Shown piece by piece: positions 47,429 through 56,494 of a stretch of DNA of 64,000 nucleotides. Source of the stretch: an uncultured Candidatus Actinomarina sp. GTDB lineage: Bacteria > Actinomycetota > Acidimicrobiia > Actinomarinales > Actinomarinaceae. How positions within the stretch are numbered: the stretch's first letter is position 1; each line of letters opens with the position of its first letter. Below the pieces are notes generated by a model. It ran no database searches. It worked only from the letters and a program-made list of their open reading frames with translations, and had not been told where the DNA came from. The stretch lies in NCBI GenBank assembly GCA_902628045.1, contig CACOLU010000003.1:14039-78038 (forward strand). Reading direction: 5' to 3'. A program made the position numbers and the translations under genes.

Positions 47429-48051
47429 TAGGTTGTTCCGAAAAGCCTGTCTCCCATATCACCTAGTCCAGGAACTATGTACCAATTCTCATTAAGTTTT
47501 TCATCTATTTTTGCAGTTACTAAGGTAATGTCACTGTGCTCCTTTTTCAATCTTTCAATACCTTCTGGAGCAGAGATAACTGTTAAAGCAATTATGCTTT
47601 TAGGATTGTGTTCTTTGACCTTGTCTATTGCAAATGAAAGAGAACCGCCAGTAGCAAGCATAGGTTCTAGAATAAAAACATTTTTATTTTCTAAGTTTGG
47701 TAAATTCTCGTAATAATACTCAGGCGTAGCGGTCTCTTCATTTCTTTGAACTCCGATGTATCCAAAAGATGTACTAGGTAGTAGGTTTTTTACACCATCA
47801 ACAAGTCCTAGGCCTGCTCTTAAAACTGCTATAGCAACATTCTCATTTTCAATTTCTACTCCATTCATGCTTGTTAGAGGTGTCTCTATAGATTTTATTT
47901 TTGTTGATATATTTTTTGTACCTTCAATAAAAAGTAAATATGACAATTTAGAAGAGTACTCTCTAAAATTCTCAAAATCTGTTTGCTTGTCTCGAATTAT
48001 CGTTAGATAGTGATCTTTTAAAGGATGTGAAATTTCAATTACTTGCATCAA
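47428..48051 (-). CDS. upp: Uracil phosphoribosyltransferase
   Basis: 207 aa. AVLRAGLG, PRPP loop LEPMLATGGS, and C-terminal YIVPGLGDMGDRLFGT. Confidence 0.95.
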   Translation of the reverse strand: MMQVIEISHPLKDHYLTIIRDKQTDFENFREYSSKLSYLLFIEGTKNISTKIKSIETPLTSMNGVEIENENVAIAVLRAGLGLVDGVKNLLPSTSFGYIGVQRNEETATPEYYYENLPNLENKNVFILEPMLATGGSLSFAIDKVKEHNPKSIIALTVISAPEGIERLKKEHSDITLVTAKIDEKLNENWYIVPGLGDMGDRLFGTT

Positions 48052-48175
48052 AATTAGGTTAGCAAAACATTAAATCTTTTCTAGTTATTTTTATGAAGAA
48101 GTTAATCTATTTTATATACGTTTTATGTCACACTTCATGTAAGATAATGTATTGCAATTTAAATAAAGGAAATTA

Positions 48176-48580
48176 ATGCCTGTAAGAATAAGACTTGCTC
48201 AAAGAGGTAAGAAAAAAAATAGAACATTTCGTGTGATTGTTGCTGACTCTCGATCACCTAGGGACGGTAAATTTATTGAAGATTTAGGTTTTTACGATCC
48301 ACACCACAATCCATCAATGGTTGAGATAGATGTAGACAAAGCTGTAGATTGGTTAGATAAAGGAGCACAACCTTCAGAAAGGGCTCAAAAAATATTAGAA
48401 ATTTCAGGTGCATGGGCTCAATGGCGCTCTACTAAAGGGGAGGTTGTTTCAGTACCACAAGCTCCTGAAGAAAAAATTAAAAGCAGTTCAAAAGCTAATA
48501 AGAAGCAGCAAGAAAATGATTTAAAAGAAGAGAATAACAATGAATCAGAAGAAGAGTCATCTAGTAAGGAAGAAGAATAA
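48176..48580 (+). CDS. rpsP: 30S ribosomal protein S16 with an acidic/lysine-rich C-terminal extension
   Basis: MPVRIRLAQRGKKKNRTFRVIVADSRSPRDGKFIE is the canonical S16 core. About 45 aa of low-complexity tail follow. Confidence 0.95.
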   Translation: MPVRIRLAQRGKKKNRTFRVIVADSRSPRDGKFIEDLGFYDPHHNPSMVEIDVDKAVDWLDKGAQPSERAQKILEISGAWAQWRSTKGEVVSVPQAPEEKIKSSSKANKKQQENDLKEENNNESEEESSSKEEE

Positions 48581-48831
48581 TGGCGTCAGGTACAATTGTT
48601 AAAAATGTTGTTGAATACATTGTGAATCAGATCGTAGAAGATACTAAATCTGTCAAAGTTGATGTCGCAGACTCTGATGACGAAAATATAACTATAGAGG
48701 TTAGGACTTCTCCTGACGATATGGGAAGAGTCATTGGTAAAAGAGGAAGAGTCGCTAGAGCAATCAGAACTGTTGCACAAGCTGCAGCTGATGAAGAAGG
48801 ATTACAATCCTCTGTAGAATTTATTGACTAA
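48580..48831 (+). CDS. KH-domain RNA-binding protein (YlqC/UPF0109)
   Basis: 83 aa with MGRVIGKRGRVARAIRTV (the GxxG KH motif). TAATG overlap with rpsP. Confidence 0.9.
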   Translation: MASGTIVKNVVEYIVNQIVEDTKSVKVDVADSDDENITIEVRTSPDDMGRVIGKRGRVARAIRTVAQAAADEEGLQSSVEFID

Positions 48832-49303
48832 TCAAAACTATTTTCTTATAGGCAAATTAGGTAAACCACATTCCTTAAAAGGTTTTCAATATATAAATAT
48901 TGAACACTTTTTTCGTAATTTTGATTTAAAAGAAATTACATTACAGATTGATGGCGTTAATTTTGTAGTTGAGGAATTTAAAAGACATTTAAAAAATAGA
49001 AATTTAATTAAATTTCATTCTTATGACACGATTGAGTCAATTAGTGAATTAAGAAATATGGATGTAAAAATTAATAAAAATTTACTCAGTACATTTATTA
49101 ATGAAGATAAATTACCTTGGCCTGGTTTTTTTACAGGTCAAGAATTAGAATGTAACAATTACAAGTTGTTAAGTTATGAGGTGTTAAATAACATTTATTT
49201 TTGCAAAATTAGTGGTATAGAAATGAGTGTCCCGTATAACAGTAGTTTTTTTAATTTCAAAAACAATAATTTAACACTATTAGATAGCAGCTTAACTATT
49301 TAA
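48824..49303 (+). CDS. rimM: 16S rRNA processing protein RimM
   Basis: 159 aa. IGKLGKPHSLKGF N-terminal motif and conserved position after rpsP-KH. TTG start. Confidence 0.8.
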   Translation: MTNQNYFLIGKLGKPHSLKGFQYINIEHFFRNFDLKEITLQIDGVNFVVEEFKRHLKNRNLIKFHSYDTIESISELRNMDVKINKNLLSTFINEDKLPWPGFFTGQELECNNYKLLSYEVLNNIYFCKISGIEMSVPYNSSFFNFKNNNLTLLDSSLTI

Positions 49304-49996
49304 CCATCCAAACAATTTTATGCTTACAGGATCTTCAAGCATGTTCTCTGGATGCCATTGTATTCCTACTGCATCCCATCCACTTGTTACTTCTACACCC
49401 TCAATAACACCATCAGATGATTTAGCAGTTATCTTTAAGTCTTGACCTAGTTTGTTTATTGCCTGATGATGAATTGAGTTGACTTGTATTTTATTTTCCT
49501 GAATTATTTTATATAATTTTGAATTATCCTCAATATTTATATCATGAATATGCGAACGTGCATCATCAAAAGGTTTGTCATGATCAACTTTAGTGAATCC
49601 ATTATCTTTAAGATCTTGATATAGTGTTCCGCCTTTATAAACATTCAGTAATTGATGTCCTCTACATATAGCAAGTGTTTTAACATTGTGTTCTTCTGCA
49701 GATTTAAGCATTGCTAATTCAGTGTTATCCCTATGATCTGAAATTCTTATTGTTTTTTCAAGCTTTTCTTCTCCATAAGAATTTGGGTTAATATCACCAC
49801 CACCTGAAATTATTATCGCATCAAATTTTGATACGTCTATTGATTTTGAATTTTCGTGTGGACCAAAAATTACGGCAGTATTTCCATAATTGTTACATGC
49901 TTTAACAAAATCTGTATTTATAACAACACATGGAATATTACCAGGTGCCATGTCTACATTTTTAAGACCAGTAGATATTCCTATTAATTTACTCAT
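49292..49996 (-). CDS. Class I glutamine amidotransferase-like peptidase C26 (gamma-glutamyl-GABA hydrolase PuuD-like)
   Basis: Catalytic LAICRGHQLLN (Cys) and GIQWHPE (His/Glu). The start is taken at MSKLIGIS. Confidence 0.8.
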   Translation of the reverse strand: MSKLIGISTGLKNVDMAPGNIPCVVINTDFVKACNNYGNTAVIFGPHENSKSIDVSKFDAIIISGGGDINPNSYGEEKLEKTIRISDHRDNTELAMLKSAEEHNVKTLAICRGHQLLNVYKGGTLYQDLKDNGFTKVDHDKPFDDARSHIHDINIEDNSKLYKIIQENKIQVNSIHHQAINKLGQDLKITAKSSDGVIEGVEVTSGWDAVGIQWHPENMLEDPVSIKLFGWLNS

Positions 49997-50405
49997 GGAT
50001 AAAAACACACTGAACTTCTACACATACATTTAATGGAAGGCTGGAAACACCAACAGCTGATCGTGTTGATTTTTCATTAAAGTATTCTGAAAGTTTATCT
50101 GTAAATCCGTTAAGGACTTTTGCGTGGTCCTCAAAACCTTCGTTTGCATTTACAAAACCAATAACATTAACAGGCTGCAAGTTTTGAATAGACCCATGTT
50201 TTTTGATTGTTGCAATTGTAAGTTCAGCACATAACTCTGCAGCTTTATAAGCTTCATCTATAGAAATCTCAGTTGGTACTTTTCCTACATATTTATATTC
50301 TTCAGTAATAGGAACATGTCCAGATGTGTAAACGTAGTTTCCAATTTTTTTATAGGTAACATAATTTCCAATAGCTTCAGGAGCGATTGGAAAATCTTTA
50401 TCCAT
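49989..50405 (-). CDS. RidA/YjgF/L-PSP family protein
   Basis: 138 aa. GNYVYTSGHVP ... RSAVGVSSLPLNVCVEV pattern of the RidA fold. Confidence 0.8.
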   Translation of the reverse strand: MDKDFPIAPEAIGNYVTYKKIGNYVYTSGHVPITEEYKYVGKVPTEISIDEAYKAAELCAELTIATIKKHGSIQNLQPVNVIGFVNANEGFEDHAKVLNGFTDKLSEYFNEKSTRSAVGVSSLPLNVCVEVQCVFIHE

Positions 50406-51402
50406 TATTTAAAAGATTTCCTATAAGATCCACAACTCTGTTTGAATAACCCCATTCATTGTCATACCAGCATACTACTTTGACATGATTTCCATCTAGC
50501 AATTGAGTTGATGATGCATCGTAAATACTTGAATGTGGATTATTTAATATATCAGTTGATACAAGCGGAATGTCGGAATACTCTAAAATACCCTTTAGCT
50601 CGTTATCTGAAGCGTGTTTCACAGCTAAATTTATATCTTCAATTGTTACTGACTTTTCTAATTCAACTACTAAATCAACAACACTTCCATTTGGTACTGG
50701 AACTCTCATAGCCATTCCATCTAATTTACCGTTTAATTCAGGTAAAACCATACCAACAGCTTTAGCTGCACCTGTTGAAGTAGGGATTATATTTTGGGTA
50801 GCACTTCGGCCTCTTCTAAAGTCACTATGGGTAGTTTCAGCTAATGCTTGGTCGTTAGTATATGCATGAACTGTGGTCATAAGACCAGATTTGATTCCAA
50901 AATTATCATCTAGAACTTTAGCTATAGGAGCTAAACAATTTGTAGTACATGAAGCATTAGATACAATTTTATCATCAGGATTCAAATCTCCATCATTCAC
51001 ACCCAGAACTATAGTTGCATCAATTTCATCTTTTGGAGGAACAGTAAGCAATACTTTTTTAGCACCTGCATTCAGATGCTTGTTAAGAGATTCATTATCT
51101 CTAAAAATTCCTGTCGATTCAATTACAACATCAACTTCTAACTCACTCCATGGAAGTTCAGCAGGATCTTTTATCGAAGTAAGCTTTATTATTCTTTCAT
51201 CAACTAAAAGTTTATCTCCATCAACTCGCACATCACTATCTAATATGCCCATAACAGAGTCGTGTTTTAAAAGATATGCAAGGTTTTCATAATTGCCCAA
51301 ATCATTAATGGCAACGACATTGATATCAGAATTACTTTCAACAATAATTCTTAATATAGAACGTCCAATTCTACCAAAACCATTAATGGCTACATTACCC
51401 AT
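50398..51402 (-). CDS. gap: Glyceraldehyde-3-phosphate dehydrogenase (type I, catalytically complete)
   Basis: 334 aa. Motifs INGFGRIGR, SNASCTTNCLAP (Cys152), TTVHAYT, STGAAKAV, MRVPVP and WYDNEWGYS. Confidence 0.95.
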   Translation of the reverse strand: MGNVAINGFGRIGRSILRIIVESNSDINVVAINDLGNYENLAYLLKHDSVMGILDSDVRVDGDKLLVDERIIKLTSIKDPAELPWSELEVDVVIESTGIFRDNESLNKHLNAGAKKVLLTVPPKDEIDATIVLGVNDGDLNPDDKIVSNASCTTNCLAPIAKVLDDNFGIKSGLMTTVHAYTNDQALAETTHSDFRRGRSATQNIIPTSTGAAKAVGMVLPELNGKLDGMAMRVPVPNGSVVDLVVELEKSVTIEDINLAVKHASDNELKGILEYSDIPLVSTDILNNPHSSIYDASSTQLLDGNHVKVVCWYDNEWGYSNRVVDLIGNLLNNG

Positions 51403-52407
51403 CTAAAACACCTGCCCCAGTTTTTTTACTGTATCGACAATTCTAGCCGCATAACCCCATCCATTATCGAACCATATAATGAGCTTAATTTTTTTATTTT
51501 TAATAACCATAGTGGCTAATCCATCTACTAAACCAGAGAGTGTACTTCTTACAACATCTGAGGAAACAATTGGATCATACGTTAATCCAATAATATTTTT
51601 TAATTCTGATTTAGAAGCATTCTCAATAATTCTATTAATATCTTCAATACTGGACTCGTTTTTGATATCAATTGTCAAATCAACTGTACTTCCATCAGGA
51701 ATGGGTACTGTCATTGAAGATGAAGCAATTTTACCTTCAATGAATGGAAGAACATTTGCTATAACTTCAGAGGATTTAGTAATATTTGGGATAATATTTT
51801 CACCAGCTGCTCTGTTAAGTCTGAATCCTTCACCTGCAACATCTGCTAAACGATTTGAATTTGAATATCCGTGAACAGTTGTAAGAAATGCTCTTTCAAC
51901 CCCAACTTTACTTTCTAAAGCTTTAAGAATAGGTGCAACTGCATTTGCTGTATTAGAACCTAAGGAAAATGCATTTGAGTTTAAATTTATATCTTCATCA
52001 TTTGCACCAGGGACATATATTTGAATATCTTTAAAATCTTCTGGAGTTGATGCTACGATAACTTTTTTACAACCTTTTGATAAATGTTTTTCAACATCTT
52101 CTTTTGTTTTAGGTTTGCCAGTTGCAAGAACTACGACATCAGTATTGAGTTTATCCCATTTAGCATCATCGCCATCTTTCCAAGTATTAAAAACTATTTC
52201 TTTACCATTTACAACAATACCTGTCTCGGAATCTTCAATTTCTGCATCAAGCTGTCCATATATAGTGTCGTACTTTAATAAATAAATTAAATTTGCTTTG
52301 TCGGCAGTATCTGAAATTGACACAATGTTAATGTCTTCATCATTCAATGTTTGTCTAAATAGATCTCGGCCTATTCTTCCAAATCCAACTAGTGAAATAT
52401 TTGTCAT
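51403..52407 (-). CDS. GAPDH-like paralog lacking the catalytic cysteine (probable pseudoenzyme or neofunctionalised)
   Basis: 334 aa and colinear with gap. VGFGRIGR, TTVHGYS and WFDNGWGYA are retained. The active-site SCTTNC is SNTANA (Asn152; codon AAT at 51952-51954, checked). TGAAKAV is replaced by TKSSEVI, and MRVP by MTVP. Confidence 0.85.
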   Translation of the reverse strand: MTNISLVGFGRIGRDLFRQTLNDEDINIVSISDTADKANLIYLLKYDTIYGQLDAEIEDSETGIVVNGKEIVFNTWKDGDDAKWDKLNTDVVVLATGKPKTKEDVEKHLSKGCKKVIVASTPEDFKDIQIYVPGANDEDINLNSNAFSLGSNTANAVAPILKALESKVGVERAFLTTVHGYSNSNRLADVAGEGFRLNRAAGENIIPNITKSSEVIANVLPFIEGKIASSSMTVPIPDGSTVDLTIDIKNESSIEDINRIIENASKSELKNIIGLTYDPIVSSDVVRSTLSGLVDGLATMVIKNKKIKLIIWFDNGWGYAARIVDTVKKLGQVF

Positions 52408-52476
52408 TAACCCTCACAAGACTATCGAAAAATTGTTGTTACAATCAACTAATAATATACCTTAAAACAATAATTT

Positions 52477-53595
52477 ATGACAGAATTAACAAGAAATATT
52501 CATGATTCAATCTTTGGATCTATGTCCACTGAAGAACTATTAGCTAAAGCATTTGAAAAAAAAGTGAATTACTTTGGAGATAATATAACTTATAGCCCCA
52601 AAGTTTTTATTCCGTTAACAACAATGTGTAGAGATAATTGTGGATACTGTACATTTGTAAAATCTCCAAAACAAGGTGGTACCTATTTGAATCAAGCAGA
52701 TGTTATATCAATAGCTCGAGCTGGTGACAACGCTGGTTGCTATGAGGCTTTGTTTACATTAGGGGATAAGCCAGAACTTAAATGGAATTTTGCTTTAAAC
52801 CAACTTAACGAGCTAGGCCACTCCTCAACTCATGATTACCTAATTAATTCAATGAAGGTTGTTAATGAAAGATTTAATATATTTCCACATGCAAATCCTG
52901 GCTTGATGAGCCGAAAAGAAATTAAAGACTTAAAAAAATATTCACCGTCTGGTGGAATTATGATTGAATCATTTTCAAAAAATATACATGAAAAAGGAAA
53001 AGCTCATTACAAAACTAAAACAAAACATATTGATTTAAGGTTAAAAACTCTAAACTATGCATTCGAAGAGAAATATCCAGTTACGACTGGATTACTTCTT
53101 GGAGTAACTACAACAAAAGAAGAAATGGTAAACGATATTGCCAATTTAATAACTTATATGAATGAGAATTTAGCAATTCAAGAAGTAATATTACAAAATT
53201 TTAGAGCAAAGAAAAACACATTAATGAAAAATGAATCTGAAATAACGAACGATTTATTTTTAAGAATTATTGCAACAACTCGAATTTATGCTCCTGCACA
53301 TATTTCTTTACAAGTTCCACCAAATCTTTCACCAGATATAATGATATTTTTAAAAAGTGGAATTAATGATTTAGGTGGAATATCTCCACTAACTATAGAT
53401 TGGGTAAATCCAGACCATTTGTGGCCAAATATAAATAAATTAAAATTAGATGTTTCAAGCACAGGCCAGGTTCTTAAAAAAAGGCTTCCCGTTTATCCTG
53501 AATTTATAAAAAAAGAATGGTTAAACAGTAAAATTTACGAAAAAGTGAATAATATTATTGATACAGATGGATATCCAAAAGAGCAAGATGAATAA
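52477..53595 (+). CDS. cofG: FO (7,8-didemethyl-8-hydroxy-5-deazariboflavin) synthase subunit CofG, radical SAM
   Basis: 372 aa. CRDNCGYC radical-SAM triad at aa 51-58. Overall CofG-like and adjacent to cofH. Confidence 0.8.
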   Translation: MTELTRNIHDSIFGSMSTEELLAKAFEKKVNYFGDNITYSPKVFIPLTTMCRDNCGYCTFVKSPKQGGTYLNQADVISIARAGDNAGCYEALFTLGDKPELKWNFALNQLNELGHSSTHDYLINSMKVVNERFNIFPHANPGLMSRKEIKDLKKYSPSGGIMIESFSKNIHEKGKAHYKTKTKHIDLRLKTLNYAFEEKYPVTTGLLLGVTTTKEEMVNDIANLITYMNENLAIQEVILQNFRAKKNTLMKNESEITNDLFLRIIATTRIYAPAHISLQVPPNLSPDIMIFLKSGINDLGGISPLTIDWVNPDHLWPNINKLKLDVSSTGQVLKKRLPVYPEFIKKEWLNSKIYEKVNNIIDTDGYPKEQDE

Positions 53596-55420
53596 TATAT
53601 CATTTCTTCGAATCAGACCGTGTGATAACGACAATGAAATATATTTAAACTCAAGAAAAAAAGAGGGCACTTCTACATTTTTATTAAAAAGTAATGTATC
53701 AATTAACACAAATGAATTAAACAAAAAAGGATTTCAAACTGTATCTAGAGATATAGATACTGATTCAGATGCGTGGATAATTACTGACAAAAATTGGGAA
53801 AAATTTAAATCAATAAATCCAAAAAGACTAATTTATATTTATAAAAATAATATTGAAACTGCACTAGAGATCATTGATAGATTAAAGCCGCATACTATAT
53901 TAATCTCATCTAGTTCAGACCTTCAATTTCTCAAGTCCATCAACTCAAAAACTAATTTTATTACATCAACTTATGTTGAAACAATTGAAGAAGCAATAGA
54001 ATTTGCCAATGCAGGAGTTTCAGATTTACTTCTTAGAGACTGGAGCTCAGAACAAATATTAGAACTTCAAAAGGTTGAAGGTTTAAATTTCTATGAAAGA
54101 ACATTGTTATCACCTATATTTTCAATTGATGAGGCAAGAATTGAATTTGATAAAGAACGATTTTTTAGATTTTTGAATACAAGAAATGTTAGAGGTTTTA
54201 AAAGAAAAGAAACAAGCTGGTCTCCGGGAAGTGGAAAAAATATTCCAAGTTTAGATAATTTTGTTTTCAATAATAGAAGCCAAATTAGTCACTCAGAAAT
54301 TGACTCATTGTTAGAAAGAATATTAGATGGTTACCAAATTAGTAATAACGACTTAAGAATCTTGTTTAATACAGCAGGAAAGAAAATAAATGATATAGCA
54401 GCTGTGGCGAATGAGTTAAATTTTATAAAAAACGGAAATAATGTTTCATATGTTAAAAATAGAAATATTAATTATACAAATCAATGTTATTACAAATGTG
54501 GTTTTTGTGGATTCTCAAAAGGCCCCAACAGTTTAAATTTAAAGGAGAAACCTTACGCTATTGATATACAGGAAGTAGTTGATAGAACTGTTGAGGCATA
54601 TGAAATGGGTGCATCCGAGGTATGTTTACAGGGAGGAATTCATCCCGACTATACGGGAGATTTTTATCTAAAAATGGTTGAAGATATAAAATCAGCAGTT
54701 CCTAAAATGCATATTCATGGTTTTACTCCTTTAGAGATATGGCAAGGTGCAGAGACAATTAACTTAAGTGTTGAAGACTATTTAAGTCAATTAAAAAAAG
54801 CTGGACTTAATACACTCCCAGGCACTGCAGCTGAAATTTTAGATGACAGAGTTAGGAAATATTTGTGTCCCGACAAAATTACTTCTTCGCAATGGGCATA
54901 TGTAATGGAAGTGGCACATAATTTGGGTATTAAATCAACTGCAACAATTATGTTTGGTCACATTGATGATATTGATTCTTGGGTTAATCATTTTTCATTA
55001 ATTAAAAATGTTCAAAATAAAACACATGGATTTACTGAAGTTGTACCACTTCCTTTTGTTCATATGGGTTCTCCAATATATTTAAGAGGTAAAAGTATGC
55101 CAGGACCTACTTGGGATGAGATCGTTCTTATACATTCTTTAGCTCGGATTTACTTTGTAAATTTAATAGATAACATTCAAGCAAGTTGGGTGAAGCTTGG
55201 TCATGATGGTGCAGGTAAGCTTTTGCATGCTGGCGTAAATGATCTTGGTGGTACTTTAATTAATGAAAACATAAGCCGAGCATCAGGAGCAGACCATGGA
55301 CAAGAAACTACACAAGATCAATTCATACAGATAATTGAGTCCGAGAATAAAAACCCTGTTTTGAGAAATACACTGTACACAGAGTTTATAGAAACTAAAA
55401 ATTCTTTAGAAAAAAGATGA
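53558..55420 (+). CDS. cofH: FO synthase subunit CofH, radical SAM, with a ~230-aa N-terminal extension
   Basis: CYYKCGFC triad at aa 310-317, followed by GGIHPD and a CofH-like C-terminal half. The start is uncertain (53558, 53567 or 53588); 53588 gives an 8-nt overlap with the cofG stop. Confidence 0.8.
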   Translation: MIQMDIQKSKMNNISFLRIRPCDNDNEIYLNSRKKEGTSTFLLKSNVSINTNELNKKGFQTVSRDIDTDSDAWIITDKNWEKFKSINPKRLIYIYKNNIETALEIIDRLKPHTILISSSSDLQFLKSINSKTNFITSTYVETIEEAIEFANAGVSDLLLRDWSSEQILELQKVEGLNFYERTLLSPIFSIDEARIEFDKERFFRFLNTRNVRGFKRKETSWSPGSGKNIPSLDNFVFNNRSQISHSEIDSLLERILDGYQISNNDLRILFNTAGKKINDIAAVANELNFIKNGNNVSYVKNRNINYTNQCYYKCGFCGFSKGPNSLNLKEKPYAIDIQEVVDRTVEAYEMGASEVCLQGGIHPDYTGDFYLKMVEDIKSAVPKMHIHGFTPLEIWQGAETINLSVEDYLSQLKKAGLNTLPGTAAEILDDRVRKYLCPDKITSSQWAYVMEVAHNLGIKSTATIMFGHIDDIDSWVNHFSLIKNVQNKTHGFTEVVPLPFVHMGSPIYLRGKSMPGPTWDEIVLIHSLARIYFVNLIDNIQASWVKLGHDGAGKLLHAGVNDLGGTLINENISRASGADHGQETTQDQFIQIIESENKNPVLRNTLYTEFIETKNSLEKR

Positions 55421-56052
55421 ATTCATATAATGTAATTACGCTATTTCCTGAATTGATAGAAGAATGGAAAAATACTGGGATTATTAACAAGGCATTAAAA
55501 AATAATTTGGTAAATATATTTCCTATAAATTTACGAGATTTTGGCATTGGAACATATAAACAAGTTGACGATGCACCCTATGGTGGAGGCCCTGGAATGG
55601 TTTTAATGCCCGAACCATTAGATAAAGCTATTCGTTCAACTAAATCAGATGTTAATGTTTTTTTAACTCCATCCGGTCAACAATTAAATGAAAATATTAT
55701 CAACAACTTGCTTGAATATAAATCAATTAATTTGGTATGTGGAAGGTATGAGGGTTTTGATCAACGAATATTAGAAATTCATTCAGATTATGAAATTTCA
55801 ATTGGTCAATCAGTTGTTTCTGGGGGAGAGATACCGGCTTTATATCTTCTGGAAGCAATGATTAGAAAAATTCCAAATGTTTTAGGTAACCCTGAATCTC
55901 TACTAAGCGAGACTTTCACCGACAACAAAATTGATTTTCCAGTCTATACAAGGCCTGAAGTTTTTAGAGACAAAAAAGTTCCAGAGGTACTTTTATCCGG
56001 AAATCATCAGAAAATAGAAGAATGGAAAAAGAATAATTTAAAAGACATATAA
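55417..56052 (+). CDS. trmD: tRNA (guanine37-N1)-methyltransferase
   Basis: 211 aa. Motifs DDAPYGGGPGMV, CGRYEGFDQR and SGNHQKIEEW. ATGA overlap with cofH. Confidence 0.95.
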   Translation: MNSYNVITLFPELIEEWKNTGIINKALKNNLVNIFPINLRDFGIGTYKQVDDAPYGGGPGMVLMPEPLDKAIRSTKSDVNVFLTPSGQQLNENIINNLLEYKSINLVCGRYEGFDQRILEIHSDYEISIGQSVVSGGEIPALYLLEAMIRKIPNVLGNPESLLSETFTDNKIDFPVYTRPEVFRDKKVPEVLLSGNHQKIEEWKKNNLKDI

Positions 56053-56089
56053 ACTTATATTAATTATATAATTCTCCACTGGAGCAAAT

Positions 56090-56434
56090 ATGGACTTAAT
56101 TAAAAGCATCGAAAACGAATTCCTAAAGGAAGACCTACCTTCTTTTAGTTCTGGTGATACTGTAAAGGTAAATGTAAAAGTATCTGAAGGAAATAGAGAA
56201 AGAATTCAGACTTTTGAAGGTGTAATTATTGCAGTTAATGGTGTGGGTGTTAATAAAACTATTACAGTAAGAAAGCTTTCTTTTGGTGTGGGAGTTGAAA
56301 GAATTTTTCCAGTCCACGCGCCAATTGTTGATTCAATTGAAGTCATTAGAAAAGGTAAAGTAAGAAGATCTAAACTTTATTATCTGCGAGATCGTGTTGG
56401 TAAATCAGCCAAAATAAAAGAAAATCGTAATTAA
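56090..56434 (+). CDS. rplS: 50S ribosomal protein L19
   Basis: 114 aa. [26 protein letters not shown] is canonical L19. Confidence 0.95.
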   Translation: MDLIKSIENEFLKEDLPSFSSGDTVKVNVKVSEGNRERIQTFEGVIIAVNGVGVNKTITVRKLSFGVGVERIFPVHAPIVDSIEVIRKGKVRRSKLYYLRDRVGKSAKIKENRN

Positions 56435-56494
56435 ACTTATTTCATTATTAAAAAATTTTTTAAATCAATTCTGATAATTTTAATAGCTATTGTT

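Noticed and set aside
50873-51874. Long antisense ORFs inside well-supported genes, for example 50873-51292, 51479-51874, 34262-34687, 22276-22623, 7835-8164 and 10241-10480.
   Set aside because: Each lies entirely within a gene with strong family motifs on the opposite strand. The translations are low-complexity Ser/Pro/Leu/Ile-rich shadows with no motifs. They are typical frame artefacts.
50398-52407. The two gap genes as an assembly duplication artefact.
   Set aside because: The copies are strongly diverged along their whole length at both protein and DNA level, although equal in length. They are not a collapsed or expanded repeat.
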